DNA from: Acidobacteriota bacterium
GTDB lineage: Bacteria > Acidobacteriota > Vicinamibacteria > Vicinamibacterales > SCN-69-37
NCBI GenBank assembly: GCA_039933635.1
Contig: JBDTNQ010000005.1
Coordinates: 33,602 to 97,601, forward strand
DNA: 64,000 nt
Reading direction: 5' to 3'
The notes under the pieces were generated by a model. That model saw only the letters and a list, made by a program, of their open reading frames with translations, made no database searches and had not been told where the DNA came from. Within the stretch, counting starts at the first letter, position 1; each line of letters begins with the position of its first letter. The position numbers and the translations under genes were made by a program. Below, piece after piece: positions 26,420 to 35,362 of this stretch.

Positions 26420-27636
26420 ACGGCACGAGCGATCTGACGGCCGACCAGCTCCTCGCCATCGAGGAGAGCTGGGGCGCGCGCAACTACCACCCGCTGCCGA
26501 TCGTGATCGCGCACGCCCAGGGTGCGTGGGTGACGGACGTGAACGGCCGTCGCTACCTGGATTGCCTCAGCGCCTATTCCGCCCTGAACCAGGGCCACGT
26601 GCACCCGACCATCCTGAAGGCGTTTCAAGAGCAGGCTGCCCGGGTCACGTTGACGTCGCGGGCGTTTCACAACGACCAGTTGCCCCTGCTCTGTCGTGAA
26701 CTGGCCGAGCGCTGCCAGAGCGACACCGTGCTGCCGATGAACACCGGAGCAGAGGCGGTTGAAACCGCCATCAAAGCCGCGCGGCGATGGGGTTACGAGA
26801 AGAAGGGCATCGCGGCGGATGCGGCGGAGATCGTGGTGTGCCGCGGCAATTTTCACGGACGAACGACGACGATTGTCGGGTTCTCGTCCGACGCGGAGTA
26901 CCAACGAGACTTCGGCCCGTTCACGCCGGGATTCGTTCAGGTGCCCTTCGGAGACATCGAGGCGATGCGCGCGGCGATTCGACAGGAAACCTGCGCGGTG
27001 CTCATCGAGCCGATCCAGTGCGAAGCCGGCATCATCATGCCGCCTGACGGCTACCTGCGTGATGTCGCCGACCTCTGTCGCGCCAATGATGTGCTGTTCC
27101 TCGCCGACGAAATTCAGACGGGCCTTGGGCGAACCGGCGCATGGTTCGCGTGCGATCACGAGCAGGTCCGGCCGGACGTCTACATTCTGGGCAAGGCGCT
27201 GTCGGGCGGGTTCTATCCCGTTTCAGCGGTGGTCGGCCGCGCCGACGTCATGGGCGTGTTCACGCCCGGCAGCCACGGCAGCACCTACGGCGGGAGCCCC
27301 CTGGCCAGCGCGGTTGCGCGCGCGGCGTTGCGCGTGCTCGACGAAGAGAAACTCGTGGAACGCTCGGCCACGCTGGGACGCGCCCTCATGAAAGCCCTCG
27401 CGTCTCTTCGCGGCGGCGTGGTCGTCGAGGTGCGTGGCCGCGGGCTGCTGGTGGGGATTGAGCTCGATCGACCCGCTCGTCCGTACTGCGAGCAACTGAT
27501 GGCCCATGGCGTGCTGTGCAAGGAGACGCACGAGCGCGTCATCAGGCTGGCGCCGCCTCTCGTCATCGCCGCCGCGGATTTGCATTGGATGGTCGAGCAA
27601 CTTTCCGCCGTCCTCTCGCCCGGCACGCGCCACTGA
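26416..27636 (+). CDS. rocD: Ornithine--oxo-acid aminotransferase (class III PLP aminotransferase)
   Basis: WGARNYHPLPIVI, YLDCLSAYSALNQGH, FLADEIQTGLGRTG and ILGKALSGG (PLP Lys). ATGA overlap with proC. Confidence 0.85.
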   Translation: MNGTSDLTADQLLAIEESWGARNYHPLPIVIAHAQGAWVTDVNGRRYLDCLSAYSALNQGHVHPTILKAFQEQAARVTLTSRAFHNDQLPLLCRELAERCQSDTVLPMNTGAEAVETAIKAARRWGYEKKGIAADAAEIVVCRGNFHGRTTTIVGFSSDAEYQRDFGPFTPGFVQVPFGDIEAMRAAIRQETCAVLIEPIQCEAGIIMPPDGYLRDVADLCRANDVLFLADEIQTGLGRTGAWFACDHEQVRPDVYILGKALSGGFYPVSAVVGRADVMGVFTPGSHGSTYGGSPLASAVARAALRVLDEEKLVERSATLGRALMKALASLRGGVVVEVRGRGLLVGIELDRPARPYCEQLMAHGVLCKETHERVIRLAPPLVIAAADLHWMVEQLSAVLSPGTRH

Positions 27637-27692
27637 CGCCGATACACGGGGCCCAACGGAGGGTCTCGACGTCACGCCCCCTCCGGTCCCTT

Positions 27693-28229
27693 CTACCGCA
27701 TCGGCGGATACTTCGCGAGCTTGCGCTGCAGCGACCGGCGGTGAATCTGAAGGACGCGCGCGGCTTCAGAGATGTTGCCCTGACAATCCACCAGCACGCG
27801 ATTGATGTGCTCCCACTCGACCCGATCGAGTGACATGGGCTGCAGCTGGGGCGTGTCGGCGCGCGGGCCGGAACCGCGTTCGAAGGCGGCGAGAATCTCG
27901 TCCGCGTCGGCTGGCTTCGTCAGATAGTGCGTGGCGCCCCGGCGGATCGCCTCGATCGCGGTGGCCACGCTGCCGTAGCCGGTGAGCACGACGATGCGGG
28001 TGTTGGGGTCGATCTGGATCAAGGTTGGGATCAGGTCCAGGCCGCTGCCGTCCGGCATGCGTAGATCCAGCACGACCAGTTCGGGCGGATCCTCGCGCGC
28101 GAGCGTTTCAGCTTCACGGGAGTTGGCGGCCTGACGCACGTCGATTCCGCGCGACGCGAACGCGCGCGCCAGCCGGCCACGCAGCGCGTCGTCGTCTTCA
28201 ACGAGCAGAAGCAGGGGAGACTCGGTCAT
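27693..28229 (-). CDS. RegA/ActR/PrrA-family redox response regulator
   Basis: Receiver domain (LLLVEDDD...VVLDLRMPDGSG) plus a short Fis-type HTH (GNISEAARVLQIHRRSLQRKLAK). Start at the ATG at 28229, which overlaps the kinase stop as ATGA. Confidence 0.85.
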   Translation of the reverse strand: MTESPLLLLVEDDDALRGRLARAFASRGIDVRQAANSREAETLAREDPPELVVLDLRMPDGSGLDLIPTLIQIDPNTRIVVLTGYGSVATAIEAIRRGATHYLTKPADADEILAAFERGSGPRADTPQLQPMSLDRVEWEHINRVLVDCQGNISEAARVLQIHRRSLQRKLAKYPPMR

Positions 28230-29545
28230 GGTTGGCTGTCGGGACCCCTCGTGGCGTCTCGAGGCAGCGTGATCGTAATCGTAGTGCCTTCGCCTTCGTT
28301 GGAGCGCAGATGCATCGTGCCGCCGAGCTGATCGATCGTCGAGACGGTCACGAAGAGGCCCAGACCCATACCGCTGCCTTCGGGGCGCGTGGTGAAGAAC
28401 GGTTCGCCCGCACGGGACTGGACGTGTGGGGACATGCCGGCGCCCCGGTCGGCAATGGTGAAGATCACGCGGTCGCCCTCGTGGCTGGCCGAGAGGGACA
28501 CGCGATCGCCGTTGGACGATGCCTGGATGCCGTTGCGCACGATGTTGACGATGGCTCGCGAGACGGCCCCGACGGGCCATCGCGTCTCGACCCCGGAGGG
28601 CAGTGAGACGTCGAGCCGGGCGCGATCGTCGGGAGGCAGCAGCGCCAGCAGGTCCGTCTCGAGGCTGGACAGCGATTGTGGGGTCGGCGCTTCGCCGGCA
28701 AGCTCACCCGATCGGCCCGCCATGTCCTGCAGCACGCGTTTGCAGCGATCGATTTCCGAGCGAATCAGGCGGACGTCCTCGTGCCGCGCGGCGGCGCCGG
28801 GCACGTCCGCCAGACTGCGTTCCAGTTCGCGTGCGGCGACGGCGATCGTGCCGAGCGGCGTGCTCAATTCGTGCGCGGCGCCGGCGGCCAGCGTGGCGAG
28901 GCTGATCATGTGCGCGTCCCGGTTACGACGTTCCCGCAGCGTCATCAGCGCGCGGTCGCGCCGCTCGATCAACGTCGCGAGACGCGCGACGACCAACGCC
29001 ACGATGAGTGAGGTGGCGCCGAAGGCCAGCCACATGCCTTCGACGTGCATGGCAATCTCGGGGTGCATCAGCCGCGCGGCCCGGAGCTGCTGGGATGGCA
29101 TCAGGAACAGCACCCCATATCCCGTGATCGAGAGCGTCGTTACGATCCACGTCCACACGCGTCCGAGCACCAGCGCCGCGAGCACGATGTCGACGAGGTA
29201 GAAGATGCTGACCGGGTTCAGGATGCCGCCGCTGTCGAGCAGCAGGGCGGACAGCCCGACGACATCGGCGGACACGAGCCAGCCGCCAATGGCGAGCGGC
29301 GGCGTGGGACGCCGGCGCAAACGGTACGCGAGCCAGATGTTCGAGACGGCCCCGGCGACGACGAACAACGTGGGACCGACGAACGACGTCGGCACACCCA
29401 GGCCGCGCCAGCCGGCGAAGATCGCGCCGGCCCCCGCGGCCACGCCGGCCCAGCGCACCATCACGAGCCAGGCCAGCGCCACGGCGTCTTGTGAGGACTC
29501 GTCACCGCGAAATGGGCGCGCCGGGGAGAGGAGAGACGGGGACAC
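28226..29545 (-). CDS. RegB/ActS/PrrB-family redox-sensing histidine kinase
   Basis: Polytopic N-terminus containing GGILNPV (compare the RegB quinone motif GGxxNPF). H-box AAHELSTPLGTI. Cys in EIDRCKRVLQDM at the position of the RegB redox-box Cys. HATPase motifs (DRGAGM, GSGMGLGL). GTG start. Confidence 0.8.
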   Translation of the reverse strand: MSPSLLSPARPFRGDESSQDAVALAWLVMVRWAGVAAGAGAIFAGWRGLGVPTSFVGPTLFVVAGAVSNIWLAYRLRRRPTPPLAIGGWLVSADVVGLSALLLDSGGILNPVSIFYLVDIVLAALVLGRVWTWIVTTLSITGYGVLFLMPSQQLRAARLMHPEIAMHVEGMWLAFGATSLIVALVVARLATLIERRDRALMTLRERRNRDAHMISLATLAAGAAHELSTPLGTIAVAARELERSLADVPGAAARHEDVRLIRSEIDRCKRVLQDMAGRSGELAGEAPTPQSLSSLETDLLALLPPDDRARLDVSLPSGVETRWPVGAVSRAIVNIVRNGIQASSNGDRVSLSASHEGDRVIFTIADRGAGMSPHVQSRAGEPFFTTRPEGSGMGLGLFVTVSTIDQLGGTMHLRSNEGEGTTITITLPRDATRGPDSQP

Positions 29546-31086
29546 TCAGGGAACTTTACAGGCTGCCGGCCCTCCGTGAGCCCCGGGGCCACTCTGGAAG
29601 CCTGTCGCCCGGAACCGGTGGCCTGTGTAAGTATCCCTGCGTGTCGGCGGGCGGCTACACGTTCGGTCCGTTTGAGGTCAACCTGGTCTCGCGCCGGTTG
29701 ATGCGCGATGGGGAAGCCCAGGCCCTGGGCACCCGGCATTTCGAGGTGCTCGTCGCCCTTGTATCGCGATTCGGTCAGGTGGTGTCAAAAGACCTTCTCG
29801 TCGAAGCGGGCTGGCAGAACGTGGCCGTCACCGACAATAGCCTGGAGCAGGCGATTTCGGCTGTTCGCGCCGTCCTCGGACCGTCACCGTCTGGCGAATC
29901 GTACGTCCGCACGGTCCCACGCCGCGGTTACACGTTCATCGGGACCGTCCAGCCTCTGCGCGCGACCGAGGCGGGCTTCGATGCGGCGCTCGAGCCGCAT
30001 CGCGCGTGGATGGAAGGGCGGGCAGCTCTCGAGCGGCTCGGTCGCCATGAAGCCGGTGTGGCGCTGCGGGCGTTCGAGCGGGCGATTGAGGCGGCGCCGC
30101 ACGATGCGGCCCTGCACATCGGCCTTGCAAACGCGTGTGCCTGGCAGTTCGAGGCCACGCGCGCTGACGACGATCCGGCCGTGGAGATGCTGGCGCGAGC
30201 CCTCACGCACGCGCGCGAAGCCTGCCGGATCGATCTGCAGTACGGCGAAGCGTGGGCCACGCTGGGCTTTGTGTTGAACCGCGCCGGCGACGTGGCGGAA
30301 GGACTCGCGGCGGTGCGTCGCGCGGTGTCGCTCGAACCCGGCAGCTGGCGCCATCATCTCCGCCTCGCGTTCGTGAGCTGGGGGGAGGAACGCCTGCGCG
30401 CCTCGGATCGCGCGCGCCAGTTGCTGCCAGGACTGGCGCTGGCGCACTGGCTCATGGCGACCGTCCACGTCGCGCGCCAGTCGTTCGACGCCGCGTGGGT
30501 CGAGATCGAGCGCGGCAGCGCCGCGCAGGACGCCCAGGATGCCGCGGCCCCGTTTGGAGCGGTGGGGTTGCATTGGCTCCGCGGATTGCTGCTCTACCAG
30601 CGCGGCGATCTCGATGCGGCTGTGGCGGCGTTCGAGCGCGAGCTCACGTTCGAAGTCTCCGGTCATATGTACGCGCGCGAATGCTGCGCCAATGCCTGGT
30701 ACGCCGTGGGCGTGCTGCACGCGCGGCACGGCCGGCCCGGCGATGCGACTCGGGCCTTCGACGAGGCGCTCGCGCGCGTTCCGTCTCACGCACAAACACT
30801 CGCGATGCGGTCCGCCTTCGAGCCAGCGATGCAGGACCGCTTCGACGCGGCCGTGATGCGCCTGGACCAACGCGGTGCCCCGGGCGACGCCGCGATGGCC
30901 AGGGCCACCGCGCTGGCACAGCGTAAAGATCACGAAGAGGCGGCGGCAGTCGTGCAACAGATGTTGATATCGACGGGGCCGGGCGGAGCCGCCTGGATTC
31001 TGCCGATTGAACCGGCGTTGAGCGTCGACGCGCACCCCGCGTCCTGGGCAGGCACGCTGGCGCGGCTGCGGACGCGGGCAGGTTAA
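29491..31086 (+). CDS. Winged-helix (OmpR/CadC-type) DNA-binding protein with C-terminal TPR region
   Basis: Trans_reg_C pattern (YTFGPFEVNLVSRRLMRDGEAQALGTRHFEVLVALV...VRTVPRRGYTFIG) followed by TPR-like helices. No TM segment seen. The 5-prime end overlaps the divergent kinase gene; a GTG at about 29641 is an alternative start. Confidence 0.7.
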   Translation: MRTRHREMGAPGRGETGTLRELYRLPALREPRGHSGSLSPGTGGLCKYPCVSAGGYTFGPFEVNLVSRRLMRDGEAQALGTRHFEVLVALVSRFGQVVSKDLLVEAGWQNVAVTDNSLEQAISAVRAVLGPSPSGESYVRTVPRRGYTFIGTVQPLRATEAGFDAALEPHRAWMEGRAALERLGRHEAGVALRAFERAIEAAPHDAALHIGLANACAWQFEATRADDDPAVEMLARALTHAREACRIDLQYGEAWATLGFVLNRAGDVAEGLAAVRRAVSLEPGSWRHHLRLAFVSWGEERLRASDRARQLLPGLALAHWLMATVHVARQSFDAAWVEIERGSAAQDAQDAAAPFGAVGLHWLRGLLLYQRGDLDAAVAAFERELTFEVSGHMYARECCANAWYAVGVLHARHGRPGDATRAFDEALARVPSHAQTLAMRSAFEPAMQDRFDAAVMRLDQRGAPGDAAMARATALAQRKDHEEAAAVVQQMLISTGPGGAAWILPIEPALSVDAHPASWAGTLARLRTRAG

Positions 31087-32144
31087 GAGGGACCAGGGGA
31101 CGAGGGGCGACCAGCGGCGACCAGGAGACCGGTCTCTTCTTTTCTCCGCAGGCGCACGTCGAACGAGAAGGGCCGCGTGATCGCGCGGTCGATCCGCCAT
31201 CCGGCCCCTGCCGCGAGCGCGCCGAATTGCTCGAGACTCCTCGGTATGACCCGTATGTTCGTCGCGGCCTGCGCGGCGCGACCCGGGCCATCGCCGCGTG
31301 TCACCGATCCGGCCACACACGTATCTCCTGACGCGCGCTCCGTGATCACCTGAAGATTCGCGACAATGTCCGCGTCGGATCCGTATTCGAAGAGCCCGCC
31401 CTCGGACGAAATCGCGACCAGCGCCCGCGCGGCGCTCGCCTCGTCCAGCGCCTTCCGCAAGCCGTCCGTCTGGCGCCAGTCGTAGAGCACGTGGGTGACG
31501 CGCAGATCGAGCCCGGCGAGCGGCCCGTCGCCGCACGTCAATACCGCTGCGCACCGCGCCGCGAACGAGGGGCCGTGTGCGTCCTGATCCAGGATGCGCA
31601 CCTCCACGCGTCGGTCCGCGATCAGCTCGGGCCGGGCCTGGCGCAGGAGGATGAGCGCATTGAGACTGTCGGCGGCGGGGCCGCCCGCGATGTTGATGAG
31701 GACCACTGGCCGCCCGTCCCGCGGCACGAGACGGGCCGCCAGGTCCTCAGCAAGCAGCCGTGCGATGTCCTTCAATCGCAACTGGGTGGAAATGGCCGGA
31801 AACGACTCCGCGATTCGCCGATCGATCGCGCTCGCGCCGTCGGGCAGGTTGTCGGGACCCAGTTTCAGGAGGTAGGTGTTGAGGCCCGTCACGAACCCTC
31901 CAGACGCCGCCAGCAGGCCCGGCCCCAACAGTGACTTCCTGAGAACGATACGCAGGAGGAGCCGATGGATGAAGCGCGGGATTCGCGCACGTCGTTCCGC
32001 CTCGGCGAAAAATGTCGTCGCGCTCGCCTCGAGATCCAGGTCGGTTGGCTCCCGCACGAACGCGGGGTGCGTGATGTCGATGACCGGCCAGGTCTGGCCA
32101 TCATCCGTCAGTGCGGTCGTGACCGTGGTTCGCGGCGATGGCAT
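31083..32144 (-). CDS. Hypothetical protein with a class I SAM-methyltransferase-like Rossmann core
   Basis: 353 aa. Has a VVLINIAGGPAADSL glycine-rich loop and an ILDQD acidic residue one strand later, as in SAM-MTases. No specific family recognised. Confidence 0.4.
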   Translation of the reverse strand: MPSPRTTVTTALTDDGQTWPVIDITHPAFVREPTDLDLEASATTFFAEAERRARIPRFIHRLLLRIVLRKSLLGPGLLAASGGFVTGLNTYLLKLGPDNLPDGASAIDRRIAESFPAISTQLRLKDIARLLAEDLAARLVPRDGRPVVLINIAGGPAADSLNALILLRQARPELIADRRVEVRILDQDAHGPSFAARCAAVLTCGDGPLAGLDLRVTHVLYDWRQTDGLRKALDEASAARALVAISSEGGLFEYGSDADIVANLQVITERASGDTCVAGSVTRGDGPGRAAQAATNIRVIPRSLEQFGALAAGAGWRIDRAITRPFSFDVRLRRKEETGLLVAAGRPSSPGPS

Positions 32145-32271
32145 GGATGCGCCTGCCTCCAGCAGGGTTCATACCCTAAGCGGTCTGCGCGCCAAAAACC
32201 AGCGTCTGGTGCCACGCTACAATGGTCGCCCGGTCGCAGCGACAGCGTCCGTCTCAGTCAGGGGGCCTGGT

Positions 32272-32697
32272 GTGAGGCAGCAATGGTTTGGAGCGAAGAA
32301 GACGATCACGCTGGACCTGGCGAAGCGGCTGATGGCCACTGCGGAGCGCGAGATCGGCGTCCGCGGCTGGGCGATGTACGTGGCCATCAGCGATGACGGC
32401 GGCACACCGGTGCTCGTGGCCAGCGTCAACAACGCGCAGCTGGCCAGCTACGAGATCGCCGTCCGCAAGGCGCGGGCGGCCGTGCATTTCCGGCGTCCCA
32501 CCAAAGTCTGGGAGGAGCGCGTTCGCGGCGGTGCCCCGAATGTGATGAGTCTCCCGGGCGTGGTCGCGTCGGAAGGTGGCGTGCCGCTCCTCGTCGACGG
32601 ACAGGTCATCGGCGCCGTCGGCATCAGCGGCGGCACCGGCGCGGAAGACGGCATCGTCGCGCAAGCCGTCCTCGACACGCTGAAGGACCTGGCGTGA
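32272..32697 (+). CDS. GlcG/HbpS-like (DUF336) heme-binding protein
   Basis: The GTG at 32272 is preceded by AGGGGG. The sequence TLDLAKRLMATAEREIGVRGWAMYVAISDDGG...VPLLVDGQVIGAVGISGGTGAEDGIVAQA is typical of GlcG. Confidence 0.8.
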   Translation: MRQQWFGAKKTITLDLAKRLMATAEREIGVRGWAMYVAISDDGGTPVLVASVNNAQLASYEIAVRKARAAVHFRRPTKVWEERVRGGAPNVMSLPGVVASEGGVPLLVDGQVIGAVGISGGTGAEDGIVAQAVLDTLKDLA

Positions 32698-33188
32698 CGC
32701 CATCGTCATGCCCCGGCTGCGGATTCAGCGGCGGGCGCGCGACTTGTCAGGATGTGTTCGACGATGTGTCGTTGCGTGTCCGGGCGCTGGCGTGGACGGA
32801 CAGCTTGAAGACCTGGCGGTTGATGCACGATGTGTACAACGTGCAGCATCCGGACGATTTCTGCGCGACGTACGATCGCCTTGTGCTGCATCTCGGTGGT
32901 GTGTGCTGGGCCTTGGAGCACGGTGGGCAGGAGCGCGGATATCGGGCGTTGCAGCAGGCGGTGGAACGCAACCCCTGGTCGCAAGAGGTGTATCCACCTG
33001 CGCCGGGTCTTCCCGCGACACGCGGGACGATCACGATCGCGAATCTCGCGAAACTGGCTGAACCGCCACATCTCATTTCCGGCGTCGATCGCTGGGCCCG
33101 CGCGGCCTGGGTCGCGTACGCGCCGTTGCAGCCGCTCGCGCGCACCTGGATCCACCACGCGCTGACGGGGATTGCCGCGCGACGTTGA
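32694..33188 (+). CDS. Conserved hypothetical protein (DUF5946-like, CxxC N-terminus)
   Basis: 164 aa with a GTGA overlap with the glcG-like gene. The N-terminal CPGCGFSGG...CQDVFDDV motif is recalled from DUF5946-type proteins. Confidence 0.45.
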   Translation: MTPSSCPGCGFSGGRATCQDVFDDVSLRVRALAWTDSLKTWRLMHDVYNVQHPDDFCATYDRLVLHLGGVCWALEHGGQERGYRALQQAVERNPWSQEVYPPAPGLPATRGTITIANLAKLAEPPHLISGVDRWARAAWVAYAPLQPLARTWIHHALTGIAARR

Positions 33189-33383
33189 GGCACGCCGCCA
33201 TGCGGCGCGCGATTGCGCACTTGTTCGCGAATGGAACCGGTCCCATGCCGGCACGCCGATTTGACGGTGGTTCTTTTGCCGGGCAGCAAGTATGGTTAGG
33301 GGACTTCAACGCTGTTCGCGCATGACCAGATCTCGCCCGTTTGCGTTCGACGTTCGTCCAGCCTCGCGCGCGTCGCGGTAGTC

Positions 33384-34073
33384 ATGCGACCCACGCGCAT
33401 TCTCCTCATCGGCCCTCCGGGGTCGGGCAAGGGCACACAGGCCACGCGCATTCGAGAGCGCTACGGCGTGCCCATGATCTCGACCGGCGATATCCTGCGC
33501 GCCGCCGTCAAGGCCGGCTCGCCGCTGGGACAACGTGTGCAGAAGATCCTCGCCGAGGGTTCGCTCGTCGACGACACCTTGATGATCGATCTCGTGCGCG
33601 ATCGACTGGCCGAACCTGACGCCGTGTCCGGCTTCATCCTCGACGGCTTTCCGCGCACGATCGTTCAGGCGCACGCGCTCGACCAACTGCTGGGCGATCA
33701 GCCCGTGAAGGCCATCGTGCTCGACGTGCCCGAGGCTGAGCTGGAGCGGCGCCTGACGTCGCGGCGGATTTGCAGCAAGTGCAAAACGCTTTACACGTCC
33801 GGGAGTCTGTACGGGTCTGAAGAAGAGTTGTGCTCGAAGTGCGGCGCGACGTTGATCACGCGCGATGACGACAACATCGAAACCATTCGGCACCGCCTGC
33901 TGACCTATCGCAACACCGCGGCGCCCCTCATCGAGCACTACCGCCAGCGATCCGGTCTGGCCGTCATCGACGGCACACGCCCGGCCGACGAGGTTACCGC
34001 CGCCATCATCACGCACATCGACGCGGCCAATGGCGTCGCCGGATCACGTCGCTCCGCGACAGCGAAGAGATAG
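33384..34073 (+). CDS. adk: Adenylate kinase (long form with Cys4 zinc-type lid)
   Basis: P-loop GPPGSGKGTQA, ISTGDILR, DGFPRT, and lid CSKC...CSKC. Confidence 0.95.
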   Translation: MRPTRILLIGPPGSGKGTQATRIRERYGVPMISTGDILRAAVKAGSPLGQRVQKILAEGSLVDDTLMIDLVRDRLAEPDAVSGFILDGFPRTIVQAHALDQLLGDQPVKAIVLDVPEAELERRLTSRRICSKCKTLYTSGSLYGSEEELCSKCGATLITRDDDNIETIRHRLLTYRNTAAPLIEHYRQRSGLAVIDGTRPADEVTAAIITHIDAANGVAGSRRSATAKR

Positions 34074-34130
34074 TTTCAGGCTGCAGACCGCAGACGGGAG
34101 AGTCAAGCCGCGCAGGCCGCGGCCTGCCCC

Positions 34131-34493
34131 TCACCGTGCTGCGACGAGCTCGTCCGGCCAGATCAACGACACGCGCCACAACAGGCGAATTCGGCGATCC
34201 GGCGCGCTCGACTTCGGTTGTGGAACGGCACGCGCCGCGGATTGTCGACGCGCGTTCGAGGCGCGCTCCGTGGAAGGGCCGACGACCTCTTCATCGATTC
34301 GCCGCTGAATTCGATCGACGACGGTCTTCATGTCCGGCGGCTTGACCGGGGAGGGCTTGGCCGCGGCCGGCGCGGGCGCCGGTGCGGGTTTGTGTTCAGC
34401 CTCGTGGCTCTGGCCGCCGAGCGCGGCGACACCTGCCGTCAGCAGGTACATGATCAACGCCCCCGAGGCGACCGGGCGATGGCGACGAGCCAT
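34131..34493 (-). CDS. Small hypothetical exported/membrane-anchored Pro/Ala-rich protein
   Basis: 120-aa ORF. Its ATG shares one nucleotide with the stop of the upstream carbonic anhydrase gene. It has a hydrophobic N-terminal segment (ALIMYLLTAGVAALG). No family recognised. Confidence 0.4.
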   Translation of the reverse strand: MARRHRPVASGALIMYLLTAGVAALGGQSHEAEHKPAPAPAPAAAKPSPVKPPDMKTVVDRIQRRIDEEVVGPSTERASNARRQSAARAVPQPKSSAPDRRIRLLWRVSLIWPDELVAAR

Positions 34494-35212
34494 CAGTGTG
34501 ACGCTCCGACGCGTGCCTGCAGCGTGACGGACACCGGCTCTGAGAAGTACACGCGCCCCGACGACAATTCGTAGTACGCACCGACGAGGCCGAGCGATCC
34601 GGAGTCGGCCATGTGGCGGAGGATCGCGCTGTCGTCCATCAGGTCGTTCACGGTGTCCTCGACGTTCTTCAGGATCGCCGCGCGGAGGCCTGCGGCGTCG
34701 GCCCTGGCGCCAGCGGCCGCGACGGCCGGCCGAATCGCTTTGAGCAGGTAGTCGAGGTTGGGACCCATCGACTGCGTTGGGGGCGTCTCAGCGGCGGCTT
34801 TCACGGCGCCGCACGATTCGTGCCCCATCACCACCACCAGCGGCACGTGCAGGTGGTCGGCACCGTACTCGAGGCTTGCCAGGATCGCGCGATCCGCGAC
34901 GTGACCCGCCGACCGCACGACGAACAGGTCACCCAGCCCGACATGAAAGATCACTTCCGGCGGGACGCGGGAGTCGGCGCACGAAAGTACGGCGGCAAAT
35001 GGGGCCTGGCCTTGCGCGAGCGCCGTCCGCCGCGCCACGGTGATGGGGAGCGGGCCGTCAGGGCTGGCGACGAACGTGGCGTTGCCCGACTTCAGCTTCG
35101 CGATGGCTTCGGACGGGCTCACGCCGTCCGCCTGACTCCTGGCCGATGGCGCGGCCGCCGCCAGCGCCAGTGCGACCGCAATGACTCCGTACCTTCGCCA
35201 CGCCCGTAGCAT
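34493..35212 (-). CDS. Beta-class carbonic anhydrase, exported
   Basis: CADSRVPPE and HESCGAV zinc-ligand motifs. Start taken at the internal ATG at 35212, which gives a signal peptide (VIAVALALAAAAPSARSQ). Confidence 0.85.
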   Translation of the reverse strand: MLRAWRRYGVIAVALALAAAAPSARSQADGVSPSEAIAKLKSGNATFVASPDGPLPITVARRTALAQGQAPFAAVLSCADSRVPPEVIFHVGLGDLFVVRSAGHVADRAILASLEYGADHLHVPLVVVMGHESCGAVKAAAETPPTQSMGPNLDYLLKAIRPAVAAAGARADAAGLRAAILKNVEDTVNDLMDDSAILRHMADSGSLGLVGAYYELSSGRVYFSEPVSVTLQARVGASH

Positions 35213-35362
35213 CACGCCGACCCTCCGCCGATCAGTCACCACTCGAAGGAGTAATCGGCACGGCGCCGCCGCGGCTGAGCCGCCGCACCGCGCAGGCGTG
35301 TGCAATGTCGCGTCAGGCCGGCTGTCGTCTGAGCGCGCGCATGTGCCGGCGGCGCCGATAGC

